DNA of 64,000 nucleotides, from the IMG/VR virus record IMGVR_UViG_3300041955_000884, positions 32,001 through 96,000 of that record; one strand, 5' to 3'. The notes under the pieces are model-generated. The model was not told the origin of the DNA and did not search any database. It saw only the letters and a program-made list of their open reading frames with translations. Below, in pieces: positions 9,789-19,775 of this stretch. How positions within the stretch are numbered: the stretch's first letter is position 1; the number at the start of each line of letters is the position of its first letter. Made by a program: the position numbers and the translations under genes. This DNA comes from a virus.

Positions 9789-12607
9789 TAGGTAGTTCCC
9801 GGTCCGGCCTGCGCGGCTGTGGGTGCCGCCGCAGGAGCGGGGCCGGCGGCGTTGAACGGCACCGCAACCGGGTTGCCCTTCGGGTCACGCACCACGCGGC
9901 CGCCGCTGTCCAGCAGCCACAGCGCGTCGGCCTTCGGCGATGTAATCCACGTCGGGTTCGCCTGCAGGTTGGCGATGTAGTCGGAGGCGGCCGGCGCAGT
10001 CGGGTTGAGCCGGCGCGCCTCGGGCGTCTCCTCGGTGCGGAATTCCGGCGGGACGGCAATCGTCGTCGGCGACAGGTTCGTCAGCATCTGTCCAGCATTG
10101 CCCATCACGGCGTCATACTTGTCCGCAGGCACGCGGGCACCCCCGTTCGCGATGAAGCGGAATTTGCTGGTGAAAGCCTCAACGGCGTGCGTGCCGGGCG
10201 CAGCGTCGTTGTTATAGTACTTCAGGCCATAGGCCAACGTCTCCACGGCGCTCCGCATGGACTCCACCTGCGCTAGCGTCGCTCCGCTCCCTCGCCACGA
10301 AGCCTCGAGTTGCTTCATGCCGTCAGCGCCGCGAACATCGTCCCGGATCTCAGCCGCGACGGGTCTGCCGCCCACAGGCTTCGGGAAGATGTCGTCCCAC
10401 GCCTTGCCGCTTTTCTGCTGCTCGCCAGCGGCACGGGCCAGGACAGCGGCCATCTTCGGGTCGTCAAGTGCCACGACGCCCTGGTACTCCGCTGGCAGCT
10501 TGCCCAGCGTCACCATGTCGCCGAAGACATGCGTCCAGGCGTCGCCCCATTGCTTCTCAAGGCCGTCGAGCGTGGCTTTGGCGTCGCCACCGGGCTGCAT
10601 CACCTGCTGGGTGAATGTGTCGGCCTGGGCCTTTGTCAGGACGTGCTGCGCCTCGGGGCGCACGCCGAGATGCTCCTGGATGGCGAGCTGCGTCCTGGCG
10701 TATTGGTCGAAGCTCGCCGGGTTCTTCGGGTCCATCACCTTCGCTGCGGCGGCCACGGTCGGCTCGCCGAGCGTGTAGCTCGCCGGGTCCTGGCGAAGCT
10801 GCTCCTGCCGGGCCTGGATAAGCTGGATGGCGCGGGCCGCGATTTGCGTCCGCATGCCGAACAGCTCCGCCGGCTCCGTCACGCCGGGCTGCCCAGGCTC
10901 AGCGGTCGTCACCGTGCCGCCCGTCGCCTTCCCGAGCCGGGCGCGAATAGTGTCCGAAATCGTCCCGCTGCCCGTCGTCAAGTCCGTCACCGCTTCGCCC
11001 AACTGCTCAGGGCTGGCGTACTTCAGGCCGCTCAGGATGGTGCCGGCCGCCTGCGAAACGCCGAGCGTCGCGATGTAGCGGTCGGCCACGTCCGGCGGGA
11101 ACACGGCTCGGATGCGGTCCTCGGGGATGGTGATCTGCACGCCGGCCTCGGCCGCCTTTGACAGGTCGCCGAACTGCTTCTCAAGGTTCGTGCGTTCGGT
11201 CGCCGTCGCCATCTCGATACGGCTGCGGGTCTGCGCAAGCTTCGACAGCGTGATCGTGCGAAGCTCCGGGTCGCCAGCAGTGCGATTCAGTACGTCCTGC
11301 TCGAGCTTCGACCAATCCGGCATGTGCCAGCCGGATGGCGCGGCTTGGCCCTCGCCGCCGCCCCCAACGCGGCGCAGCACGTCACCGACATAGCTGGACG
11401 TGGACTTCCCGGTTGGGTCCTTGAGGTCCTGCTTCCACGGCGTCGGGCTGCCGGCTGGGGCCACATTGTCTGGGCCCGAGAAGTAAGCTACGGCCACGCG
11501 CGCCGGGTCGCCATCGTAGCGCTTCGTATAGTCGGCGGCAATGCGGGCGCCAACGATGGCGTTGTCCGTCGGGTCGTCGATGCGCTCGCCGGGCTTCGCA
11601 TATTGCTGGAACGTCGCCGGCTGGATTTGGTGGCCGCCGGTTGCTCCGGTGACGCTCGTCCGCGCCGTCGCCGCGCCGCCGCTCTCCTGGCTCCACAGCG
11701 CCTTGTCCATCTGGTCGGCGGACACCGGAGGGCCGGTCCAGGTCGTGCCGCCCTCTGTGTAGCCGAGGCCCCGCATGGATTGGCCGAGGGCGGCATCGCC
11801 CTCGGCATCCTTCACTGCGGGATGCAGCATTCGCGCGATGGCGTCCGCCGAATTGGCGTCGAGCTGGCCGCGAACGCTATTGTAGAGCGTCAGAGCGGCC
11901 TGCGCGCCCCCGCCTTGCGCTTCCGGTGCCAGCATTTTCGCTTGGATGATCTGTGACCAATATTTGCCGAGCTCGGCAGAGACATCAGCCTGGGCCTCCT
12001 CGGTTGTCTTGTTCAACCGGAGCGCGTTCATCTCGGCGTGGGCACGCACCTGTAGAGCGTTCTTAGCGAGAAGCACGCCGTCATTCTGCATGAATACGGA
12101 TTGGTCGGTGATGTTCTTGTTCGCCGCAGTGTTGGTCTCAATATATGAGCGGTCGAGTTCGGTCGCCGCATGAACGCTGGCGCTCGTCTCGATACGCTGC
12201 CGCAGGAAGCGGGCGTTCTGCATGTAGGCGTTCTGCGTCGCGATGCCGCCGCCGATTTGTTTCGCGCCCGCGTCGATGGTGTCCTGCACGTCCTTGATGA
12301 ACGGGTCGTATCCCTCGTGGGCGGCTTGGCCCTTCAGCGACAGGTAGGCAGCGTACTTCTTGTCGATGGCGGGCCCGACTTGGTTGAACAGCACGCTCTG
12401 CAGGTTGCGGGTGTTGATGTCGTCCTGCATCTGCACGGCGACTTGCGCCAGTTTCCCGCCGGCTTGCTCCTCCGCGCCTCCGAGCTTCTCCTCTGCGGCG
12501 CCAATGCCGCCACCGAACATCGCCGGAGTGACGTTCTCCGAGATGTAGGGCGTCCCCTGGGTAGTCGGGGCAACGTCCGGGACGGGCGTGTACGGCGGCC
12601 GAGCCAC
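9788..12607 (-). CDS. Internal virion (ejection) protein with lytic transglycosylase domain
   Basis: QESGG...GGHQI...NAIVGAR...AVAYFSG SLT-like motifs; position in ejection-protein cluster. Confidence 0.85.
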   Translation of the reverse strand: MARPPYTPVPDVAPTTQGTPYISENVTPAMFGGGIGAAEEKLGGAEEQAGGKLAQVAVQMQDDINTRNLQSVLFNQVGPAIDKKYAAYLSLKGQAAHEGYDPFIKDVQDTIDAGAKQIGGGIATQNAYMQNARFLRQRIETSASVHAATELDRSYIETNTAANKNITDQSVFMQNDGVLLAKNALQVRAHAEMNALRLNKTTEEAQADVSAELGKYWSQIIQAKMLAPEAQGGGAQAALTLYNSVRGQLDANSADAIARMLHPAVKDAEGDAALGQSMRGLGYTEGGTTWTGPPVSADQMDKALWSQESGGAATARTSVTGATGGHQIQPATFQQYAKPGERIDDPTDNAIVGARIAADYTKRYDGDPARVAVAYFSGPDNVAPAGSPTPWKQDLKDPTGKSTSSYVGDVLRRVGGGGEGQAAPSGWHMPDWSKLEQDVLNRTAGDPELRTITLSKLAQTRSRIEMATATERTNLEKQFGDLSKAAEAGVQITIPEDRIRAVFPPDVADRYIATLGVSQAAGTILSGLKYASPEQLGEAVTDLTTGSGTISDTIRARLGKATGGTVTTAEPGQPGVTEPAELFGMRTQIAARAIQLIQARQEQLRQDPASYTLGEPTVAAAAKVMDPKNPASFDQYARTQLAIQEHLGVRPEAQHVLTKAQADTFTQQVMQPGGDAKATLDGLEKQWGDAWTHVFGDMVTLGKLPAEYQGVVALDDPKMAAVLARAAGEQQKSGKAWDDIFPKPVGGRPVAAEIRDDVRGADGMKQLEASWRGSGATLAQVESMRSAVETLAYGLKYYNNDAAPGTHAVEAFTSKFRFIANGGARVPADKYDAVMGNAGQMLTNLSPTTIAVPPEFRTEETPEARRLNPTAPAASDYIANLQANPTWITSPKADALWLLDSGGRVVRDPKGNPVAVPFNAAGPAPAAAPTAAQAGPGTT

Positions 12608-13243
12608 TTACGGTGCGCCCATGATTCCAGCGCCGGAGAAGTCCTGCGCCGGACCGCCGTTAACACGTTGCCATTGGGCGTACTGAGAGCTGACGCCGGC
12701 CGCACCACTCAAGAGCGATGCCGCAGCACCAAGTGCGCCGGTCGTCGGCGCCTGTGCCGCCTCGGCCTCGTACGCCTGCTGCTGCCCGGTGAACTGAAGC
12801 TGCTGCGTCTGGTAGCCGTAGGCGGTTTTTGCCGCGTTGCTTCGGATAGTCAGCGCGTTGAGTTCACCCAGCTCGGCAGCGCTGGAACGCACATCGAGGG
12901 CCGACCCGGTGTTCACGTCGATGTTGCTGGCCGCCTGGGCGGCCTTGATGGCACCGACTTGCCCTTTCGTCTTCAAGCCAGCTTGCTCGACTTGCGCTTC
13001 CCCAGCGGCTCCCGCAAGAGCCGCGTTCTGGCTCGCGAGCGTAGCGTTCTGGGCCGCCACCTGGGCTTGGTAGCTGGCCATCGCGCCAGTGGCTGCTGCG
13101 GAGCGTTCAGCGCCGATGGCGCCGGTGACGCCGCCAAGCGCGGAGGCTGCCATTCCGACGTCAGCGAGAATGCTGGTCGCGCCAATACCGGAGCCGGCGG
13201 CCGACGCTGCGGCAAGAGCAGCGGGAATGCTAGCTGTGGCCAA
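12608..13243 (-). CDS. Internal virion protein (T7 gp14/Bbp11-like)
   Basis: Ala/Gln-rich, AASNIDVNTGSALDV motif; GGGAGG SD then TTG 13243. Confidence 0.75.
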   Translation of the reverse strand: MATASIPAALAAASAAGSGIGATSILADVGMAASALGGVTGAIGAERSAAATGAMASYQAQVAAQNATLASQNAALAGAAGEAQVEQAGLKTKGQVGAIKAAQAASNIDVNTGSALDVRSSAAELGELNALTIRSNAAKTAYGYQTQQLQFTGQQQAYEAEAAQAPTTGALGAAASLLSGAAGVSSQYAQWQRVNGGPAQDFSGAGIMGAP

Positions 13244-13862
13244 CGGCCGCCTCCCTGCCAATCAATCCGGCACGCGCAAGGCGCCAGAGTTCGGCCTTCG
13301 CCGCCGCCTTGAAGCGGTCAACAGCCTCCTTATGCCGCTGATAGTAAAGGATGAACGATGTGATGTCCTTCTGGACATTGCGCTGCCGCATGTTCTCCCA
13401 GCGGTCCTTCGGCAGCTTGAGCGGCAAGCAGTGCTCAAAAACGGCGGCGCAGGCATCCCTGCGGTCGAGGTCGGCGTAGTCCACCACGAGCACGCCCGGC
13501 TGCACGGCGAGTTCGTCCAGCGCGCGGCGCTGGCGCTGCATCAGCGCTCGCAGCGTCGGTTCATCGTACGTCGCCACGCCACGGAGGTCGGCGCGCATCA
13601 TCGAAGCCACGACGTCGTCCACGGGCCGGCGAACCACCACGCGCTGCAGCTCAGGGACGTGGTAGCCGAACAGCCGCCAGCCCAGCGCGCACGCGGTTTC
13701 CGCCACGCCGGTCCGCGGCAGCCGCAGGAACCACGCCATCTGCTCGATGGAGCGTGCCCGAATGGCCGTCTCGTGGTGGCACTGCCAGCCGCCGTACGTC
13801 AGGAAGGCCGACAGCCAAGCCGTCCGGGAACGCGGCAGGGCGAATATCATGAACGGCGCCAT
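13230..13862 (-). CDS. P-loop/sulfotransferase-like phage protein
   Basis: IFALPRSRTAWLS..C.HE N-terminus; translationally coupled. Confidence 0.6.
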   Translation of the reverse strand: MAPFMIFALPRSRTAWLSAFLTYGGWQCHHETAIRARSIEQMAWFLRLPRTGVAETACALGWRLFGYHVPELQRVVVRRPVDDVVASMMRADLRGVATYDEPTLRALMQRQRRALDELAVQPGVLVVDYADLDRRDACAAVFEHCLPLKLPKDRWENMRQRNVQKDITSFILYYQRHKEAVDRFKAAAKAELWRLARAGLIGREAAVGHS

Positions 13863-14320
13863 CAGTGCCTTACCATTCGATATTCCCGGAATAACGTGCG
13901 ACTCGGACCGAATGCAAATGGTTCGCCAACCGTGAAGCCGAGCACCTCCAGGAGGCGGACGGCCTTGTGGTAGTCTGCCGAGACGCGGCCGCGAAGTTCG
14001 GGGAAGATCGTCAGCATCACCCGCACCGCGCTGCGGGCCTCGGCCAGGAAGGCGATCTTCGCCCGCTCAATCGGTGGAGCGGTGAGCAGCCAAAGCTCGC
14101 CGACGCGGCCGAGCGGGCAGCCGCCAACGCCGCCGACCGCCGCGATCTCGCCATCCACCACCATCGTGCTGGCCAGCACCGAGTTCCGCCAGGAGCGCCA
14201 CAGCGCCCGCCGTGGGCTGATGCCAGCCGCCTCTATCTCCGCAGCGTCGCCGACACGGAGGCGGTCGGCGAGGGCCGAGATGTCGCAGGCGAGCGTGGGG
14301 CGGATGGCGTAGGAAGCCAT
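13862..14320 (-). CDS. GNAT-fold virion protein (T7 gp13-like)
   Basis: DRLRVGDAAEI...WLL...AVRLLEVLGF; ATG 14320 overlaps the upstream stop. Confidence 0.75.
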   Translation of the reverse strand: MASYAIRPTLACDISALADRLRVGDAAEIEAAGISPRRALWRSWRNSVLASTMVVDGEIAAVGGVGGCPLGRVGELWLLTAPPIERAKIAFLAEARSAVRVMLTIFPELRGRVSADYHKAVRLLEVLGFTVGEPFAFGPSRTLFREYRMVRH

Positions 14321-15012
14321 CAATCGGCTGCCAGTTTCAAGACCGCAGCCCCTTGCCTGTCTCTCCTGTCGAGGACGCGCCGGAACACATCGAGGACGAG
14401 GTCGTCCCCGTAGTTCGCGAGCGCTCTGTTCAGAATCCAAATGACCAGGCGGCAGTTGCTCTGCGTGTACGGACCGCCGGGATTGATGCGGTCGATTGAG
14501 GGAGAGAACGGCGACCACCGGCCTTCTCGGCGGAATTCGAGGCCAGACATTTCACAGGTCCCACGCGCAAGACGTTCGTTCATCCACGCTTCGGTGAGGT
14601 CACAGTCTATTCCGGCCTTCCGCGAGCGCTTCTGGACAGCGCGTAGGATATTCCTGCCCCAGTGACGGCTGTAGCTGCGGTTGCAGATGCGCTTGAAAAA
14701 ATCTGGATCCTCGGCCAGCTTCTTGGCCTCGTACGCCTCCCGCTTAGCCTTTCCTTCTGGTGATGCGTTCCGGGCGCGCGCGTACTCTGCTCGCTCTTCC
14801 TTGTGCTGGGCCGCCCACTTTCGATTCCTCTCTCGAATCGCATCTGCATTCTTCTCGCGGCTTCGCTTGCTGTACTCCCGCGTCCTCTCGGGACGCTCGC
14901 GCGCCCAGCGGGCGTTTGACTCGCGGCGCTTGTTCCCAGGCTCATGATAAAGCTCGCGGCGGCGCGCTTTCTGAGCTTCCGTGCGCGGTCGGCTAATTCG
15001 CGGAGTCGCCAT
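14320..15012 (-). CDS. HNH-type homing endonuclease
   Basis: Basic helical N-terminus; CEMSG...SPSIDRINP..PYTQSNCRLV..ILN. Confidence 0.8.
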   Translation of the reverse strand: MATPRISRPRTEAQKARRRELYHEPGNKRRESNARWARERPERTREYSKRSREKNADAIRERNRKWAAQHKEERAEYARARNASPEGKAKREAYEAKKLAEDPDFFKRICNRSYSRHWGRNILRAVQKRSRKAGIDCDLTEAWMNERLARGTCEMSGLEFRREGRWSPFSPSIDRINPGGPYTQSNCRLVIWILNRALANYGDDLVLDVFRRVLDRRDRQGAAVLKLAAD

Positions 15013-15016
15013 TCTG

Positions 15017-18000
15017 TTACTCGCTGTCAACGTCGTCCCCGAGCCTAATCGAGGTCACAATCGAAAGCAAGTTCAAGGGGATAGGGGCGGTCTGTTGGAC
15101 GGCGATCTGACCACCCGGCTGATTCCAGGCATCAACGACATCACTAAAAACGTCTCCGCTAAAAAGTTCGAAGGGTTGCTGCGGGCTGAGGCTGTTCGGC
15201 GGCTGCTGGAGGCCGGAGAGGTTGGTCCAGGGCACGTTCACTTGGCCCGGCTGCGTCGCGGCATCTGGCTGGTTGGCGCCAATCTCGAACGGGAAGCCGC
15301 TGCCGGCCAGCCGCACCACGGCGCTGTCGATGAGCTTGCGGCGCCCCTGGACGGTCGCCGGGCCTGGGATGTCGAGATAGAGCGTCTGGAGCTGGCAGGT
15401 GAAGCCGAGGCCGACGACAACCTGCGAGGCTGGCTGCGGCAGACTCACAGTGCCGTTCACCACCTTCTGCGGCGCTACCACTACGCCATCAGCAAGGATG
15501 GAGACCTGATTTCCCTCGAGGTGATTGAGGCCATAGACCGTCAGCACCGGGGCAGTGATGGTCCAGCCGCCAGCTCCTACGGGCACGGCGGTGTTCAGCG
15601 GGTCGTTCGGGATGGACGGCGCGGCGTCGCGCGTCACCTCGGCGATGAGGGTGGTCGAGTTCACGAACTGCTGCACGGTCATCGTCCGGCCGTTCATGCG
15701 GATGACATCGCCCGGTTCGCCCTGGCCTGGGGCGTTGGCGAAGACGGGCGCGGAGGCGGTCACTGTCGTCAACGGCACCGAGTAGATTTCCACCGCGGCG
15801 TTCCCGCCCGCCCCCGTCGGGTCGATGATGTTGAACGCCGGGGTCGAGTAGCCGTTGATGTTCCCCCCGATGGCCGCCGTGGTGACGATTCCGCCGCTCA
15901 CGGTCACGGCCGCGATGCACCCGGAGCCAGTGCCGCTGGTGTCCAGCACTTCCGCGTAGGTTCCGGCCGAGTAGTTGGATCCTCCGTAAAGCACATGCCC
16001 AGGCTGGCCGCCCAACTGAAGCGTGAGAACGCCGGAAGCCGAGGACACCGTGAGCGTGGCATTCGGCGAGTTCTGCGGCAGCGACAGCCCGGCGTCCACG
16101 CACCATGCGTCCTCCTGGTCGAGCCAAAGGCGGTTGTCCATGCGCTCCTGGAAGTAAGCCCACACCGGGTTGCCGTTGTTCTGGATGAGCCGCTGGACGA
16201 TGAAGTAAGGGGCGTTCACCGGCGGCTCGGACACCACGGCAACGGACTGGAACAACCCGTTGGTGTCATGGCGCGTCCAGGCATAAACGTCCTGTTCCTT
16301 GAGGTACGTCAGGCAGAGCAGGGTGCCGTCGTTTCTGACAGCCCAGATGAGCTTGTTCGGCTCCTCCGCCCAGCCCCACTGCACGATGGTGAAGCCGTCG
16401 AACAGATGGTTCGACAGCACCGTCATGTCCGTGCCGGTGTAGATGTTGACGAAGAAGTTGTAGCTCAAGTCTCTGACGATGCTGCCCTTTTCCTGGACGT
16501 AGATGATGTCGTAGTTGATGGGAATCGGGGGCACCGTCGGCGAGCAGCCGTTGTACGCCTGCGGGTTCGCCACCTGGTCGGCCGGGGTAATCGCAGCAGA
16601 GGTCGCCAACCCGGAGCCGGCGCCGGACACCTGCCACGCGCCGAGGCCAGTGAAGATGACGAGGCCGCCCGGCATGTTCAGCATCCACAACACGCCGTTG
16701 ACCTGCTGGCTCCAGGGCGTGCCGATGATGGCGTCGGAATCCACCACGGGGTCCGACACGTCCATGTTCGTGAACGCGCCCGGCTGGCTCATGTAGTAGG
16801 TTTCGGGGTTGTTCAGCGTGGCGGCATAGACGCGCCGCTGCTGGAAATAGGAGACGACGGACGGGAACGTGCCCGTCGCCGGCCCAATGCTGGTCGTCGC
16901 CGAGGCCCCGCTTCCCGAGCCGGTCCCGTCGCTGATGACGACGGCCTCGCCGCCCGTGTAGCCGGCGCCTGCGGTGTCAACGACAATCCACGCAATCTCA
17001 CCGAACAGCGCGCCCCCGACGCCGATCACAACGGGCGTGAGGGCGGCATTCTGGCCGATGGGGCTTGTCACTGTTGCTGTCGTCGCCGTGATGCTGTAGC
17101 TCGCATTGCCCGTTGAGGTCACCGCCACCGCCGTCACCGAGGACGTGGCGAATGGGTTGCTGTGCAGCGGCGGTCCCGTCGAGAAGTCCGGCGTCACGTT
17201 GGTGTCGGCGAAGGAAGGCCCGAAGGCGGTCCCGATGTAACCGAACAGGATGCCGGCCGACGGCGGCGCACCGTAGGTCGCCGGCCCACCATAGAAGTTG
17301 TAGGAACCGGCATTCGCCACCGTGGCGAGGTTCACCGTGATGGTGCCGGCCTGCGTCGAGATGTCCACCGACGCCGCGATGGCCACCGGGGAGGCAATGC
17401 TTTCCTCCCCCGTCGAGGCATCAATCGCCGTGCCGCAGAAGGAGTAGTAGAAACTCGGCGTCCCCGCCGACGTGTTCACCACGTAGCTGATGGAGGCCGG
17501 CGGCCCGATGGAGGCCACGAACGAAGTCGTCGTCAGCGTCCAGTTCGAGTCCGTGATGCGGGCGAGGTCCATCGGCGGGTATTCGGCCTGCGTCGCCTGG
17601 TTAACGCACGTCAGGGACATTACGTCCGCAGACTGAGCCCACTTCAGGTCGGGAAGGTCCGCAGCCGCGTAGGGCGTGGCGAGCGTGTAGATGCGCTCGG
17701 CTGTCCCGCCCGAGGTGTATGGGCCTTGACCGAGCGTGCTCACCGTCGTCCCGTCGAGCACGTCAACGAGGGTGAACGTGTTCGTCGTCGTGTTCGACAC
17801 CTCGAAGGAGCGGTTGTTGAGCTGCGGAATCCCGCCGATGCCCTGAAGGAACACCTCGTCGCCATTCACGTAGCCGTGGGCAACGTCGGTCACCACCGAC
17901 GGGCTGGCCGACGTCACGTTGGTGATGGTCGAAGCGCTCTCGGTGACATAGCCGCCGTTGATGACGAAGCGGAAATAGTTGTCGCCGGCCTCGATGACGA

Positions 18001-18253
18001 TGCCCTGAGTAACACTGAAGTTGAAACTGATGTCGCGCGGCGGCGCAACAGTCAAGGCCGCGCCTTTATTGCCCTGCTTACACTGGCCGACGTAGAGTGT
18101 TCCTGCGCGAGACAGGGCGCCGCCGCGATATGACGCGAAAAAATTTCGCAGCGTGGAACAACCATGAGCGTACTTGGCAAGGTCCGTGCGCCCGTAGAGC
18201 TGGGGCGAGAGCTCGCCGGCATTCAGCGCAGAGCGGAGAGTGGGGAGGCTCAC
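15017..18253 (-). CDS. Tail tubular protein B (nozzle)
   Basis: NAGELSP.LYGRTDLAKY N-terminus; FQQRRVYA, YLKEQDVYAWTRH, VDAG, GLNHLEG motifs. Confidence 0.92.
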   Translation of the reverse strand: MSLPTLRSALNAGELSPQLYGRTDLAKYAHGCSTLRNFFASYRGGALSRAGTLYVGQCKQGNKGAALTVAPPRDISFNFSVTQGIVIEAGDNYFRFVINGGYVTESASTITNVTSASPSVVTDVAHGYVNGDEVFLQGIGGIPQLNNRSFEVSNTTTNTFTLVDVLDGTTVSTLGQGPYTSGGTAERIYTLATPYAAADLPDLKWAQSADVMSLTCVNQATQAEYPPMDLARITDSNWTLTTTSFVASIGPPASISYVVNTSAGTPSFYYSFCGTAIDASTGEESIASPVAIAASVDISTQAGTITVNLATVANAGSYNFYGGPATYGAPPSAGILFGYIGTAFGPSFADTNVTPDFSTGPPLHSNPFATSSVTAVAVTSTGNASYSITATTATVTSPIGQNAALTPVVIGVGGALFGEIAWIVVDTAGAGYTGGEAVVISDGTGSGSGASATTSIGPATGTFPSVVSYFQQRRVYAATLNNPETYYMSQPGAFTNMDVSDPVVDSDAIIGTPWSQQVNGVLWMLNMPGGLVIFTGLGAWQVSGAGSGLATSAAITPADQVANPQAYNGCSPTVPPIPINYDIIYVQEKGSIVRDLSYNFFVNIYTGTDMTVLSNHLFDGFTIVQWGWAEEPNKLIWAVRNDGTLLCLTYLKEQDVYAWTRHDTNGLFQSVAVVSEPPVNAPYFIVQRLIQNNGNPVWAYFQERMDNRLWLDQEDAWCVDAGLSLPQNSPNATLTVSSASGVLTLQLGGQPGHVLYGGSNYSAGTYAEVLDTSGTGSGCIAAVTVSGGIVTTAAIGGNINGYSTPAFNIIDPTGAGGNAAVEIYSVPLTTVTASAPVFANAPGQGEPGDVIRMNGRTMTVQQFVNSTTLIAEVTRDAAPSIPNDPLNTAVPVGAGGWTITAPVLTVYGLNHLEGNQVSILADGVVVAPQKVVNGTVSLPQPASQVVVGLGFTCQLQTLYLDIPGPATVQGRRKLIDSAVVRLAGSGFPFEIGANQPDAATQPGQVNVPWTNLSGLQQPPNSLSPQQPFELFSGDVFSDVVDAWNQPGGQIAVQQTAPIPLNLLSIVTSIRLGDDVDSE

Positions 18254-18258
18254 GCCGC

Positions 18259-18287
18259 TTGCCTCATCGTCGCGCTTCCGGCATAAA
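18259..18287 (+). promoter_or_regulatory. sigma70-like promoter, leaderless MTase transcript
   Basis: TTGCCT-N17-CATAAA-N7-ATG. Confidence 0.5.
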
Positions 18288-18294
18288 TCGCCGC

Positions 18295-19767
18295 ATGGCC
18301 GCTATCGAAATCATCCACGGCGATTGCCTCGCCATCCTGCCGACGCTGCCGGCGGACAGCTTCCACGCCATCGTGACCGACCCTCCCTACGGCTTGGAGT
18401 TTATGGGCCGGGCTTGGGATTCGTTCTCTGACGCGCCGCGCGCCGTGCCTGGAACCGGCGGCCGACAGGCGCCGTTTGCCGTCCACTCGACCGCGAACTG
18501 GCAGACAGGCGCTGGCTTCTCCAAACCGGGCATCGGTGAGCGCGAGACGCCCTGGCCGTCCTTCACTGGCAGCAACGATGAGTTCGGTGGCGCAAACCCG
18601 ACATGCGCCACCTGCGGCGGCCGAGCGAGGGGCAAGCGGAAGTGTGCTTGTGCCGAACCTGATTGGCGCGTGAAGGGCGCGGCTCCCGACCGCAACTACG
18701 GGCGACAGCGCCAGATGCAGAATTTCCAGGCGTTCAACGAGGCGTGGGCACGCGAAGGTCTGCGCGTCCTCAAGCCCGGCGCCCACATGCTCGCCTTCGG
18801 CGGCACGCGCACCTATCACCGGCTCGCCTGCGCCATCGAGGACGCCGGGTTCGAGATACGTGACGCGATCATGTGGCACTACGGCTCGGGCTTCCCGAAA
18901 TCGCATGATGTCGAACGGTCGATTGCGAAATGCACATGCCAGATGCCGGGCCGGCATTTTGGTCGCGGTTTGCCGCCGCCAGATGAGCGGCAGCCCGAGG
19001 ACCACATCTGCCATGTGACTCCGGAGTCGGAGCCGTGGGGCGCCTTCGGCACTGCGCTCAAGCCGGCGACCGAGATTATCTGCGTGGCGCGCAAGCCGCT
19101 CGTCGGCACAGTCGCGGCGAACGTGCTGGCGCACGGATGCGGGGCGTTGAATGTTGACGGGTGCCGCGTGCCAATCGACGCCGACGCCGACGCGTCGCAG
19201 CTCAGGACGATGCAGCGTGGCCAGCGCATTGACGATACCAACGGCCAGACGTGGGGCCTGTCGAAGCTCGCCGCCGACGAGCCGCAAGTGGTGCGCCCAG
19301 ATGGCCGCTGGCCCGCCAACCTCATCCACGATGGCAGCGATGAAGTGCTGGCGCTGTTCCCCGAGAGCGACGGTTGCCAGCCGCACGCTGTGAACTCGCG
19401 GAACGAGCAATACGACGGCTGGGGCACAATCACCAACAAGCACGGCGAGACAATCGGATACGAGGGCGCCGGCTCCGCAGCGCGGTTCTTCTATACTGCC
19501 AAGGCCGACAAGCAGGACCGCCTCGGCTCGAAGCATCCCACCGTCAAGCCCGTGGACCTGATGCGCTACCTCGTCCGTCTCATCACGCCGCCCGGCGGCC
19601 GCGTCCTGGACCCATTTGCTGGCAGCGGCACCACTGGCATGGCCGCGCTCGCGGAGGGATTCGACTGCACGCTCATCGAGCGCGAGGCCGAGGCCGTCGC
19701 GGATTGCCGCCGCCGGGTCGCCCACGTTCGCGGGGATGACACGCCGCTGTTCGCTGGGCCGGAGTGA
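18295..19767 (+). CDS. N4/N6 DNA methyltransferase (beta class)
   Basis: IHGDCL, TDPPY, GSGFPKS, HPTVKP, DPFAGSGTT. Confidence 0.93.
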   Translation: MAAIEIIHGDCLAILPTLPADSFHAIVTDPPYGLEFMGRAWDSFSDAPRAVPGTGGRQAPFAVHSTANWQTGAGFSKPGIGERETPWPSFTGSNDEFGGANPTCATCGGRARGKRKCACAEPDWRVKGAAPDRNYGRQRQMQNFQAFNEAWAREGLRVLKPGAHMLAFGGTRTYHRLACAIEDAGFEIRDAIMWHYGSGFPKSHDVERSIAKCTCQMPGRHFGRGLPPPDERQPEDHICHVTPESEPWGAFGTALKPATEIICVARKPLVGTVAANVLAHGCGALNVDGCRVPIDADADASQLRTMQRGQRIDDTNGQTWGLSKLAADEPQVVRPDGRWPANLIHDGSDEVLALFPESDGCQPHAVNSRNEQYDGWGTITNKHGETIGYEGAGSAARFFYTAKADKQDRLGSKHPTVKPVDLMRYLVRLITPPGGRVLDPFAGSGTTGMAALAEGFDCTLIEREAEAVADCRRRVAHVRGDDTPLFAGPE

Positions 19768-19775
19768 ATCTTTCA

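Noticed and set aside
54-17116. Long plus-strand ORFs (e.g. 822-2144, 8031-9791, 14981-17116)
   Set aside because: Antisense shadows of GC3-rich minus-strand genes; no motifs
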